A program made the translations under genes and the position numbers. A model generated the notes under the pieces. It was given only the letters and a program-made list of their open reading frames with translations, was not told the origin of the DNA and did no database searches. A stretch of DNA of 64,000 nucleotides from an uncultured Actinomycetota bacterium (lineage in GTDB: Bacteria > Actinomycetota > Actinomycetes > CAVWCF01): contig CAVWCF010000001.1 in assembly GCA_963753435.1 (NCBI GenBank), positions 1,408,001 to 1,472,000 on the forward strand, given 5' to 3'. Each line of letters begins with the position of its first letter. The stretch's first letter is position 1. This document shows positions 20,757 through 29,507 of the stretch, piece after piece.

Positions 20757-20867
20757 ATGCGCGCACTGCGATGGATCCTGTTGGGGTTGGCGTTGGGCGC
20801 ATTGGCGGGATTCGCCTCGTCGCTGCTGAACCCACCCACCGAGCCGGATTCCGCCGACCTGCGCTGA
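20757..20867 (+). CDS. Putative 36-aa single-pass membrane protein, probably leaderless
   Basis: Manual translation MRALRWILLGLALGALAGFASSLLNPPTEPDSADLR; TACGAT (20744-20749) 7 nt before ATG; fills an otherwise empty gap. Confidence 0.6.
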   Translation: MRALRWILLGLALGALAGFASSLLNPPTEPDSADLR

Positions 20868-20881
20868 GGCCCGAGGGGCCG

Positions 20882-22048
20882 CTAAGCCCCCAACATGGCG
20901 CGGATGGCGGCGAGGTCGATCGCCCCGGTGGGGTGGTCGGCCTCCGGAGGCAGGTACAGGCGCTGGATGGCAGCCAGGATCGCCTCGGCGATGAGGTCGC
21001 GGAAGGCCGGGTCGGCCAACCGGGACGCGTCGTGCGGATTGCTTAGGTACCCGGCTTCAACACGCACCGCCGGCATCTGCGTACCCCGAAGCAGATCCCA
21101 CGTCTTGCCGTGGTGTCGGCAGTTGAGCAGGTCGGTGCGTGCGCACACCTCGCGCTGGATCAGGTCGGCCAGTTGCCGGCCCGTCGGGGACTCCGTCCCG
21201 GTGCGGCGGTTGGCGTAGTAGTACGTCGCCACCCCGGCCGCGGCCGGCGAACGGTCCGCGTCCACATGCAGGCTGATGAACAAGTCCGCGCCCGCGGTGT
21301 TCGCGAAGCCAACGCGATCGGCGGACCCCGGTGGGGACTGGTCGGCCTCCAATCGGCCGCGGGACAGGTAGGCGATCGCCCCGGCCGCGTTGATCCGGCC
21401 CTCCAGGCGGGCCGCGATGTCCTCGACCAGATCGGCTTCCGCCAGGCCGCCGACCACGTTGCCGCGATCGTTACCGCCATGTCCGGGGTCGATCACGATG
21501 ACCTTGCGGGCCAGCGAGGGTCCGCTGGTGCGGATCGCGGCGCTCTCGCGCAGGGCTTGGGAGGAACCGCCGGTAACCGAGCGCGACAGCCGGCCGAAGG
21601 CCGCGAACGTTTGCGGCCCACAAACGCCGTCCGCCGCCAGCCCAGACTCCCGCTGGAACGCCCGAACCGCCAACTCGGTCCGGTGGCCGTAGGCCCCATC
21701 GAGTGAGCCGGGGTCGAATCCCAACGACATCAGCCGGTTCTGCAGGTCCAGGACGTCGTCGCCGGTGAGCGGGTGGCTGACCGCGAATGCGAGCACGCGA
21801 TCACCGAGTTGCCAGCGCGCCTCTTCAAGATGCCGCCACGACTCCGGCCCAACCCGCCCGTCGACGATGAGCCCGCGTTGCTGCTGGAACTCCCGAACCG
21901 CGGCCGCCGTCTGCTCGTCGAAACGAGCCTCGCTCCACTGCGTCGGCAATGGCGCGCTCGGCAGTAGCCCGACGCGGGCCAGCATGGAGCGGATCTCGCC
22001 CACAGCCACGCCCGTGTCGCCCTCGCGGTACACCTGCTGCACCGTCAC
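20882..22048 (-). CDS. cwlM: CwlM-like N-acetylmuramoyl-L-alanine amidase (two peptidoglycan-binding domains + Amidase_3)
   Basis: FQQQRGL.VDG.VG and FQRESGL..DG.CG binding repeats; IDPGHGG, ISLH, VEAGY; C-terminal RLY...PTG; next to trxA. Confidence 0.88.
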   Translation of the reverse strand: MTVQQVYREGDTGVAVGEIRSMLARVGLLPSAPLPTQWSEARFDEQTAAAVREFQQQRGLIVDGRVGPESWRHLEEARWQLGDRVLAFAVSHPLTGDDVLDLQNRLMSLGFDPGSLDGAYGHRTELAVRAFQRESGLAADGVCGPQTFAAFGRLSRSVTGGSSQALRESAAIRTSGPSLARKVIVIDPGHGGNDRGNVVGGLAEADLVEDIAARLEGRINAAGAIAYLSRGRLEADQSPPGSADRVGFANTAGADLFISLHVDADRSPAAAGVATYYYANRRTGTESPTGRQLADLIQREVCARTDLLNCRHHGKTWDLLRGTQMPAVRVEAGYLSNPHDASRLADPAFRDLIAEAILAAIQRLYLPPEADHPTGAIDLAAIRAMLGA

Positions 22049-22099
22049 CTCCGGCTCTTGCCCGGATGGTAGGCCGCGGGCGCCGGAGACGCGGACTGG

Positions 22100-22426
22100 T
22101 TACAGATACGGCTGCAAGTCCTTGAGCAAGGCCTGCTTGGGCTTGGCCCCGACAATCGTCTTGACGACCTCGCCACCGGAGTAGACGTTCATGGTCGGGA
22201 TCGACGTGACGCGGTACGACATCGCCGTTTGCGGGTTCTCATCGACGTTCAACTTGGCGACGGTGACCTTGTCGCCGAACTCCGCCGCGATTTCCTCCAG
22301 GATCGGCGCGACCATCTTGCAGGGTCCGCACCACTCCGCCCAGAAGTCGACGATCACGGGCTTGTCCGACTGCAGCACGTCCTCAAGGAAGCTGGAGTCG
22401 GTAACGGTCTTGGTGGCGTTGCCCAC
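22100..22426 (-). CDS. trxA: Thioredoxin
   Basis: DFWAEWCGPCK; AGGAGG before GTG. Confidence 0.97.
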   Translation of the reverse strand: MGNATKTVTDSSFLEDVLQSDKPVIVDFWAEWCGPCKMVAPILEEIAAEFGDKVTVAKLNVDENPQTAMSYRVTSIPTMNVYSGGEVVKTIVGAKPKQALLKDLQPYL

Positions 22427-22508
22427 GGGGCGGACCTCCTGGTCGTCGGTGTTGCGCTGTTGAGGTGCTGGGAGTCGTCGGTGCCAGATGCTGTCTGAAA
22501 GTGGCGTC

Positions 22509-23483
22509 TCAGCCAACTGGTACGGGCGTGTCCGCGGTGCGCGCGGCGTCGTCCAGTGCGGCCAGGTGGCGCTCGGCGTCCAGGGCGGCGGCGCAACCGG
22601 AACCAGCAGCGGTGATGGCCTGTCGGTACGTGTGATCCACCAGGTCCCCGCAGGCGAAGACGCCGGCCAGGTTGGTCCGGGTGGTGCGACCTTCCGCCAG
22701 CACGTAGCCGGACTCGTCGAGGTCGACCTGACCGGCCACCAACTCGCTGCGCGGGTCGTGGCCGATGGCGATGAACAGGCCGGTCACAGCCAACTCCGAC
22801 TCGGCGCCGGTGACGGTGTCGAGCAGGCGAACCGCTGAGACCTTGCCGTCGGTGCCGAGCACCTCGGTGACCGTGGAGTTCCACGCGAACCGGATCTTCG
22901 GATCGCTCTGGGCGCGCTCGGCCATCACCTTGCTGGCACGCAATTCGTCGCGGCGGTGGATCACGGTCACGCTGCGGGCGAATCGCGTCAGGAACGTCGC
23001 CTCTTCGATGGCGGAGTCCCCACCGCCGACCACGGCGATGTCCTGGTCCCGGAAGAAGAAGCCGTCACAGGTGGCGCACCAACTCACGCCGTGACCGGAT
23101 AGGTCTTTCTCGCCGGGGACGCCGAGCTCGCGGTAGCCCGACCCCATCGCAAGGATCACCGAGCGCGCGCGGTGCGTCGCACCGGACCCGTCCGTGACCT
23201 GCTTGATCTCCCCGGTCAAGTCCATGGACACCACATCGTCGGTGACCAGCTCGGCACCGAACCGCTCCGCCTGCGAGCGCATCTGCTCCATGAGGCTTGG
23301 ACCCATGATGCCCTCGGGGAAACCGGGGAAGTTCTCCACATCGGTCGTGTTCATCAGGGCGCCGCCGGCGGTCACCGAGCCCTCGAAGACGAGGGGGGAA
23401 AGCCGGGCCCGCGCGGCGTACAGGGCAGCGGTGTATCCGGCTGGACCCGACCCGACGATGATCACGTCTCGGACGTCGCTCAC
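22509..23483 (-). CDS. trxB: Thioredoxin reductase
   Basis: [37 protein letters not shown]. Confidence 0.97.
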   Translation of the reverse strand: MSDVRDVIIVGSGPAGYTAALYAARARLSPLVFEGSVTAGGALMNTTDVENFPGFPEGIMGPSLMEQMRSQAERFGAELVTDDVVSMDLTGEIKQVTDGSGATHRARSVILAMGSGYRELGVPGEKDLSGHGVSWCATCDGFFFRDQDIAVVGGGDSAIEEATFLTRFARSVTVIHRRDELRASKVMAERAQSDPKIRFAWNSTVTEVLGTDGKVSAVRLLDTVTGAESELAVTGLFIAIGHDPRSELVAGQVDLDESGYVLAEGRTTRTNLAGVFACGDLVDHTYRQAITAAGSGCAAALDAERHLAALDDAARTADTPVPVG

Positions 23484-23542
23484 GTGTGCTCCTTGCCGTT
23501 CCGGGGCCGGTGCTCGGGCCCGGTAGGTGCCTTGCCCTGGGT

Positions 23543-23569
23543 AACGAATCCTACGGGCGCCGGCATTCC
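23543..23569 (-). promoter_or_regulatory. SigR/SigH-type promoter of trxBA
   Basis: GGAAT-N19-GTT on the minus strand about 60 nt upstream of trxB, matching the actinobacterial thiol-stress ECF consensus GGAAY-N18/19-GTT. Confidence 0.7.
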
Positions 23570-23573
23570 CGGT

Positions 23574-24311
23574 TCAGTCCTGGATGCGCTGGTACCGCAA
23601 CAGGTGCTCGTCCTCGGCGGAGCAGTCGACCCCCACGGCGAATACGTCCCAGTCCCCGGCGGTCGCGCGGTAGACCACGACCAGAGCCGGTTCGGCTTCG
23701 TAGGACGCGGCGTCGACCACGTCCGGCGCGGCTTCGGGGTTCAACGCTCGCAGGCACTCCTCCAGCGCGGCCACCGGCAGCGCGGACGGCGACAACACGA
23801 ACTCGTCGGCAACCACGGGCACCGGCTCCGGCACGGACGCGGGGGCGTCGGGAGCGGAGGCGGAGTCCTGACCTTCGGTGGACTGGCTGACCGTCGGCTC
23901 CAGCACGGCCAGCTGGGTCTCGAACGATGCCTCGGTGTAGGCGGTTCCGCTGCTCACTACCTGCACTGCAGCGGCGGCTTCCGGCGTCGCGGTCAGTTCG
24001 GAGTCGGAGTCACCGAGCACGTTGACGCCAATCAGTACTGCGCCACCGATCAGGGCGAAACCGGCGGCGACCTCGAGAACACGCGCGCGCCGGGAACGTT
24101 GCTGTGGCACGGCGGCCAGGGGTACCACCGTCGGGCTCGGTGCACCCGCGGCCCGGGCGTCCGCCTCGCGGCGCAGCGCCGCGTCGATCCGGTCGGCCAC
24201 ATCCTGCGGTAGCGGCTCCACGGGCACGCCGGCTAGCAGTTCGGTGACTGCGCGCTCCTGCTCCGGGGTCAGCTCAGGAGTCGACTCCGCGCCGTCGCGT
24301 GGTTCGGTCAC
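23574..24311 (-). CDS. Membrane-anchored anti-sigma factor-like protein (RsmA/RstA position)
   Basis: 'PLPQDVADRIDAAL' N-terminus, one TM segment, 'SGTAYT' and paired Cys in the C-terminal domain; overlaps the sigM stop. Confidence 0.7.
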   Translation of the reverse strand: MTEPRDGAESTPELTPEQERAVTELLAGVPVEPLPQDVADRIDAALRREADARAAGAPSPTVVPLAAVPQQRSRRARVLEVAAGFALIGGAVLIGVNVLGDSDSELTATPEAAAAVQVVSSGTAYTEASFETQLAVLEPTVSQSTEGQDSASAPDAPASVPEPVPVVADEFVLSPSALPVAALEECLRALNPEAAPDVVDAASYEAEPALVVVYRATAGDWDVFAVGVDCSAEDEHLLRYQRIQD

Positions 24312-24907
24312 GGCTGCCCTCCCCGGCTGTCCCGATCGGCCTCTGTTCCGACGCCCGGCTCGGCGTCCGGGTTCCGAACGGCCTGCAGCAGCGGCAACAG
24401 CCGCGCCCGGCCGCGCGAGCAGCGGCTCTTGATTGTCCCTTCCGGGATCTGCAGTATCTGCGCGGCATCGGCCACCGAATACCCCTGCATGTCCACCAGG
24501 ACCAGGGCCGCGCGCTGCTCGTCCGGCAGGGTCGCCAACGCCTCCCGCACCGCCAAGGCGGTGTCCACCTGGCCGAGGCGGTCGGTCCGTTCCGCCCAGG
24601 TGGGGGCCTCCTCGGGCATGGCCACGGTCGGCCTCGCCTTGCGGCGGCGGACTCGGTCCAGGCAGGCGTTGACCACGATCCGGTGCAGCCAGGTGGTCAC
24701 CGCGGCGTCGCCGCGGAACGAGTCGGCGCGCCGGAAAGCCGAAATCAGCGCCTCCTGCAGGGCGTCCGCGGCTTCTTCCCGGTCGCCCAGCGTTCGCAGC
24801 GCCACGGCCCACAGCCGGTCGGAGTGTCGTCGCACCAGCACCGAGAACGCGTCGTCGTCGCCGGCGACGTGCGCCGCCAGCAGTTCCGCGTCCGTCGGGT
24901 CGGTCAC
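24308..24907 (-). CDS. sigM: ECF sigma factor (SigM/SigT type)
   Basis: DAELLAAHVAGD..AF, RLWAVALRTLG..EEAADA, TTWLHRIVVNACLD, GTIKSRCSRGR. Confidence 0.9.
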   Translation of the reverse strand: MTDPTDAELLAAHVAGDDDAFSVLVRRHSDRLWAVALRTLGDREEAADALQEALISAFRRADSFRGDAAVTTWLHRIVVNACLDRVRRRKARPTVAMPEEAPTWAERTDRLGQVDTALAVREALATLPDEQRAALVLVDMQGYSVADAAQILQIPEGTIKSRCSRGRARLLPLLQAVRNPDAEPGVGTEADRDSRGGQP

Positions 24908-24916
24908 GGCTGAACC

Positions 24917-26320
24917 CTAGGCGCGGGTGGCGAAGATCTCGTTGATAGCACCGCGGTTGCGGTCGGCTGCCTCGACCGGGAGTCGGGTCAGCCAGACCAG
25001 CAGGTACCGCGCTTCCGCCGGCCGCTGCGGGATCAGATCCACCGTCCCGGCCGCGGACTCGACAGTGGCGGCGGTCGTGTACGCGTCGGCGGTGTCGCCG
25101 CGCTGCTCGGATACGCGCAGTTCCACGTCCGTCGGGCCGATGCCGATGTCCAACGACACCGAGGCCACTTGCTGCACGCCGCCGAGGTCCAGCAACAGGC
25201 CGACCCCGGATTTCAGGCCGCCGAAGTCCTCGCCACGGTAGGAGACGGTTCGCCAACTGGTGGTCAGATCCCCGTCGATCGCCAGGGCCGCCTGACCGGG
25301 GTTCTCCGCCCCGTTGCCTTCCGGATCGAAATCCTCCGCCGACACGATGGCGATCACGCCGCCACCGGCGATCGGCGATCCCGTCGGCGATTCGGCCGGC
25401 GACTCCTCGGCGGGCGTCGGGGCCGCAGCCACTGAGGGCGACGTCGCCGGCGCCGGTGAAGTTTCGGCCTGCGGCCAGCCCCAGGTGAGCAGCAGCCAAC
25501 CCACCAGACCCACGGCAACCACCGCGATCGCCGCCAGCACGCCCGCGCTCAGCCGCGGTCCGACCGGGGCCCGCGGCGCCTGGGTCAGCACGTTGGCAGT
25601 GGGTTCCTGGGCCGGCACCAATCCGGCGAGTGCCTCGGCCAGGTCAGCGCAGGTGTCCAGCGCGGGCCCACCCGGACCCATGTCCGCCCCCAGGGCGCGC
25701 ATGACGACGGCGTCCACGGCCGGGTCGAGGTCGGGGCGGCGGCGGGAGGCACTGACTCCGTACTGCGCGGACACCCGCTGACCTGTGAGCAGGAGGTACA
25801 GCAGCCCGCCGATGGCCCGGGTGTCCACGCGGTCGGCGGCAGCGCGGTCGGCCAGCGCGGTACCGCGCAATGCGGCATCCACGGCGACGCCCACGATGCG
25901 CACGGCGCCGTCCTCGGTGCGCAGGACCGAACGGGGGCCCAGGTGCAGGTGCGCCAAGCCGACGGAGTGGGCGACAGCCAGGGCCTCGGCGACGGCGTGA
26001 CACAGCGACACCGCGTCGTCGGAGTCCATCGGACCGGAAGCCAGCAGTTGCTCCAGGTCCGTCCCTCTGGCCCACTGGGTCACGACGTAGGCGCGCTCAT
26101 CGTCCTTGGCCGCATCCAGTACCCGGAGGAACCCTTCCTCCGGCAGGGATGCGGTGGCTCGCGCCGCGTTCAGGACCGCGTCGGTGCGCGGGTGACCTGG
26201 GTCCAGCAGGAGGATTCCGACGTCGCGGCCGAGGGTGCTGTCCAAACCGTGGAAGTAGGTGCCGCCGGAGCCGCTGAGCAACTCCTGCTGCAACTCGAAA
26301 CGGTCGGCCACTCTCGGCAT
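24917..26320 (-). CDS. Membrane pseudokinase-domain protein with a C-terminal extracellular beta-sandwich domain
   Basis: Kinase-like N-terminus with degenerate catalytic motifs, TM segment, Pro/Ser linker, 'DFDP.G..EN....AIDGD..T.W.T..Y'; TACCCT 6 nt before ATG 26320. Confidence 0.8.
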   Translation of the reverse strand: MPRVADRFELQQELLSGSGGTYFHGLDSTLGRDVGILLLDPGHPRTDAVLNAARATASLPEEGFLRVLDAAKDDERAYVVTQWARGTDLEQLLASGPMDSDDAVSLCHAVAEALAVAHSVGLAHLHLGPRSVLRTEDGAVRIVGVAVDAALRGTALADRAAADRVDTRAIGGLLYLLLTGQRVSAQYGVSASRRRPDLDPAVDAVVMRALGADMGPGGPALDTCADLAEALAGLVPAQEPTANVLTQAPRAPVGPRLSAGVLAAIAVVAVGLVGWLLLTWGWPQAETSPAPATSPSVAAAPTPAEESPAESPTGSPIAGGGVIAIVSAEDFDPEGNGAENPGQAALAIDGDLTTSWRTVSYRGEDFGGLKSGVGLLLDLGGVQQVASVSLDIGIGPTDVELRVSEQRGDTADAYTTAATVESAAGTVDLIPQRPAEARYLLVWLTRLPVEAADRNRGAINEIFATRA

Positions 26321-26342
26321 GCGCCGAGGGTAGGTCCGTACC

Positions 26343-27419
26343 TCAGCCAGCGGCGGGTCGGGTGGCGCCGATGAAGCCGTCAAGCCACACGCGCTCGATC
26401 CGCACTGTGGTCCCGGTCCGGGGGGCGTGGATCATCCAGCCCGCCCCCAAGTACATGCCGACATGGTGAATCGACGCGGGGTTGCGCACATCCGTTGCCC
26501 AGAAGAGCAGGTCTCCCGCGGCCAGGTTGGCCAGGCTGATGCGGGCACCGACGTTGAACTGCTCGCGTGAAGTGCGCGGCAGGGAAACACCGGCCTGCCG
26601 GTAGGACCACCCGGTGAGACCGGAACAGTCGAACGTCGCCGGTCCGGTGGCGCCCCATACGTACGGGACACCGATGCGAGTGCGGGCTGCCGCTACCGCT
26701 GCGGCGGGCGCACCTTGCGCGCCGGCTACCGCCGCGGCCCAGTCCCCGCCCCCGCCGGGCAACAACGCCTGGGCCCGAGCGGCTGCATCAGCCGCATCAC
26801 GTGCGGCCTTCTCCGCGGCCAGCCGACGGACGTCGGCGCCGGCCGCGGCCAGCTCCCGTTCGCGCTGGGCCAACAGGTCGGCAACCTGCTGGGTTGACGC
26901 CGCTGCGGCGTTCTCCAGTCGGGTTCGCTCGGCAGCCACTTCGGCCAGTTGCTCGCGCAATTGGGCCAACTCGTCGGCCTGTTCGGTTGCGGCTCGTACC
27001 GATGCCGTGTCGGCGGAGACGACTCGGGAGACCGTTCCCATCCGGGACATGACGTCGCTGGGGGATTGACCGTCCAGGACGCTGGACAGCAGGGCGGACA
27101 TGCCGCCGTCCATGTACAGGGCGCGGAGACGTCGGCCGGCGTCGGCGTCGGCGGCCCGCACCCCGCGCTGCGCCTGGTCGTAGGCGGCGGAAGCGGACAC
27201 CTGGCGGGATACGGCTTCGCCGAGCCGGTCGGCGACGGCGTTGTACTCCTCGACAGCGACTTCGGTCGCGATGTCCAGACGGGCCACTTCGGTGGCGAGT
27301 TTTCGAGCCCGCTCCTGGGCGTTGCTCAACTCATCGGCGCCGGCGGTTGCAGGAAGCAGGCTTGCCAGCGCCGCTGTCGCGACGAACGCCCCCAGCGCGA
27401 CCCGCAAGCGCATCGGCAC
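26343..27419 (-). CDS. Secreted coiled-coil NlpC/P60 peptidoglycan endopeptidase
   Basis: Signal peptide, long Ala/Glu-rich coiled coil, PYVWGA.GP..FDCSGL, HHVGMY, MIHAP. Confidence 0.92.
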   Translation of the reverse strand: MPMRLRVALGAFVATAALASLLPATAGADELSNAQERARKLATEVARLDIATEVAVEEYNAVADRLGEAVSRQVSASAAYDQAQRGVRAADADAGRRLRALYMDGGMSALLSSVLDGQSPSDVMSRMGTVSRVVSADTASVRAATEQADELAQLREQLAEVAAERTRLENAAAASTQQVADLLAQRERELAAAGADVRRLAAEKAARDAADAAARAQALLPGGGGDWAAAVAGAQGAPAAAVAAARTRIGVPYVWGATGPATFDCSGLTGWSYRQAGVSLPRTSREQFNVGARISLANLAAGDLLFWATDVRNPASIHHVGMYLGAGWMIHAPRTGTTVRIERVWLDGFIGATRPAAG

Positions 27420-27827
27420 TCAGTTCGGGCTAGGCGCAGCTTGGGTGACGGTGTACTCCTGGAGGGTCCAATCCTTGGCCCCCGGGATGTAGCCGAACAG
27501 GAACGTGTTCACCTCGCGCTTCGTGTCGAAACTGATCGAGCCGTCGCGCCCCACGACCAGGGTCGGCTCGATCAGGATGAACCCCTGTTCTTGCGCTTCC
27601 TCAAGGGCAGCGGCGCGCGCGGCTTCCACGCCACCGCCACGCGCCCAAGCCACTTGAGCTGACCGCGCGGCGGCTTCGCCCCCGTCCACGAGCGCCATTC
27701 GGGCGACGCCGATCGCGATCGCGTCGAACGCCACCAAGCCAACGGCGGCCAGCACGACGGTGAGTCGGACCAGCCACCCCAAGACGATGCTGCCCGCCTC
27801 GCCACGGATGGGTTTCACTGTCTCCAA
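27420..27827 (-). CDS. Membrane-anchored TadE/pseudopilin-like hypothetical protein
   Basis: Charged leader 'RGEAG|SIVLGW' followed by a hydrophobic helix and 'AAARSA'; no cognate tad genes in the window. Confidence 0.55.
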   Translation of the reverse strand: METVKPIRGEAGSIVLGWLVRLTVVLAAVGLVAFDAIAIGVARMALVDGGEAAARSAQVAWARGGGVEAARAAALEEAQEQGFILIEPTLVVGRDGSISFDTKREVNTFLFGYIPGAKDWTLQEYTVTQAAPSPN

Positions 27828-27854
27828 GTCGGCACACCGGTACCGGACCTTGAG

Positions 27855-29507
27855 TCAGGAGCGGCTGCCACTTCGGGGGCTGCGCAGCCGGCGGGTCAGC
27901 GTGCGCAAGGACTCCAGGACGTCTGGGACGCCGAACCAGCGGGCCAGGAGGACGAAGACGGGTGCCATCACAGCCCCGGCGACGCCCAACCACAGCAGCG
28001 CCGTCACTGGTCGCAACGACAGGTCCAGGACCTGCAGCACAAAGACGGCCGCGACGAAACCGAGCAGCCCGGCGGGCATCGCGGCGGCGAGTAGCCGTAG
28101 CGATCGACTGATCGGTTCGGCGACGGGCAGCCCGCCGTATCGCCGCCGCAGCAGCAGCCACATCGGCAACAACATGATCAGGTAGGCCAGGGAGTAGCCG
28201 AACGCCAGCCCGGCAACCGCCTGCTGGGCCGGCAGGGCCTGGAAGAACAGGTAGCCGAGCCCCACGTTGAGGACGCCCAGCGGGATCGCCAGCAGCGCCG
28301 GGGTCCGAGTGTCCTCGACGGCATAGAAGCCGCGCATCATCACGAAGTAGGCGCTGAATGGGACCAGCCCGACCGCAAAGGCGCGCAAGGTCTCGCCGAT
28401 GAACTGCGCGGAGTCCAAGTCGGTGGCCCCGTAGTTGAAGAGCAAGACGGCGACCGGCGTGGCGAACAGGACCAGGGCCACCGAGGCGGGGATGAGCAGC
28501 GGGGCGATCGCGGTGAAACCGCCGGTCACATCGCGGCGCAGTGAGCCCATGTCGCCCTCGCCGGCGTGGCGGCTCATCCGCGGGAACATCGCCGTCACCA
28601 CGGACACCGTCACCACCGAATGCGGGAGCACGAAGACCAGGTGCGCCATCGAGTAGACGGTGATGCCGGCCCCAGCCGCCTCTCCGGCCTCAGCGGCGCG
28701 CGCCCCAGCCGTGGTCGCCAGTCGGGTGATCACGACGAATGCGGCTTGATTGACCGCGACCAGGAAGAGCGTCCAGCCGGCCAGCCAGGCAGCTCGGCCG
28801 ATGCCGGAGTTCCGTAGGTCCAAGCGCGGCCGCCAGCGGTACCCCGCGCGGTTCAGCACCGGCAGCAGGACCGCGGCCTGGGCCACCACTCCAAGAGTCG
28901 TGCCGATGCCCAGCAGGGCGATCTGCGTGTCGGTGATCCCGGCGACGCTCGGGTCGGTCACGACAGCGATGAAGACGATCGCCGTGACGATGACGACCAC
29001 GTTGTTCACGATCGGAGCGAACATGGGCGCGCCGAAGCGCCCGCGCACGTTGAGCACCTGCGCCAGCACGGTGTACGCGCCGTAGAAGAGGATCTGCGGC
29101 AGGCAGAACCAGGCGAACAGGGTGCTGGCGCGCAGGTCGGCCGCGGACCATTCCGCCGACGCGTACAGCCGGATCAGCCAGGGGGCCGCGAGCAGCGCCA
29201 GCGCGGTCACCAGCAGCAGCACGCCGATGATCGCGGTCAGCAACCGGTCGGTGTAGGCCACGCCACCGTCGGCGTCGGCCTTCATCCGCCGGACCAACTG
29301 CGGGATCAGCACCGCGTTCAGGGCGCCGCCGGCGGTGAGGATGTACAGGATGTTCGGCAGCGTGTTCGCGACCGTGTAGGTGTCGGCGAAGACACCGGTG
29401 CCGATCGCGGCCACCAACGCGGTGTTGCGGACCATCCCGGTGACCCGCGACAGCACCGTTCCAGTGGCCATGGATGCGGCCGGACGCGCCAGCCCGGGAT
29501 CGGTCAT
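27855..29507 (-). CDS. murJ: Lipid II flippase MurJ (MviN)
   Basis: SMATGTVLSRVTG..R, YTVANTLPN, GGALNAVLIP, CLPQILFYG, FYAVEDTRTP. Confidence 0.94.
   Translation of the reverse strand: MTDPGLARPAASMATGTVLSRVTGMVRNTALVAAIGTGVFADTYTVANTLPNILYILTAGGALNAVLIPQLVRRMKADADGGVAYTDRLLTAIIGVLLLVTALALLAAPWLIRLYASAEWSAADLRASTLFAWFCLPQILFYGAYTVLAQVLNVRGRFGAPMFAPIVNNVVVIVTAIVFIAVVTDPSVAGITDTQIALLGIGTTLGVVAQAAVLLPVLNRAGYRWRPRLDLRNSGIGRAAWLAGWTLFLVAVNQAAFVVITRLATTAGARAAEAGEAAGAGITVYSMAHLVFVLPHSVVTVSVVTAMFPRMSRHAGEGDMGSLRRDVTGGFTAIAPLLIPASVALVLFATPVAVLLFNYGATDLDSAQFIGETLRAFAVGLVPFSAYFVMMRGFYAVEDTRTPALLAIPLGVLNVGLGYLFFQALPAQQAVAGLAFGYSLAYLIMLLPMWLLLRRRYGGLPVAEPISRSLRLLAAAMPAGLLGFVAAVFVLQVLDLSLRPVTALLWLGVAGAVMAPVFVLLARWFGVPDVLESLRTLTRRLRSPRSGSRS

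Noticed and set aside
20360-20839. Minus-strand ORF with ANPANAPNANPN low-complexity stretch
   Set aside because: It is the reverse complement of the Leu/Gly/Ala TM codons of the 36-aa plus-strand ORF and otherwise overlaps the aminotransferase out of frame
23574-25499. 641-aa ORF as a single long protein
   Set aside because: Only the last ~245 codons (from GTG 24311) look protein-like; the rest is an Arg-rich alternative frame over sigM and the pseudokinase
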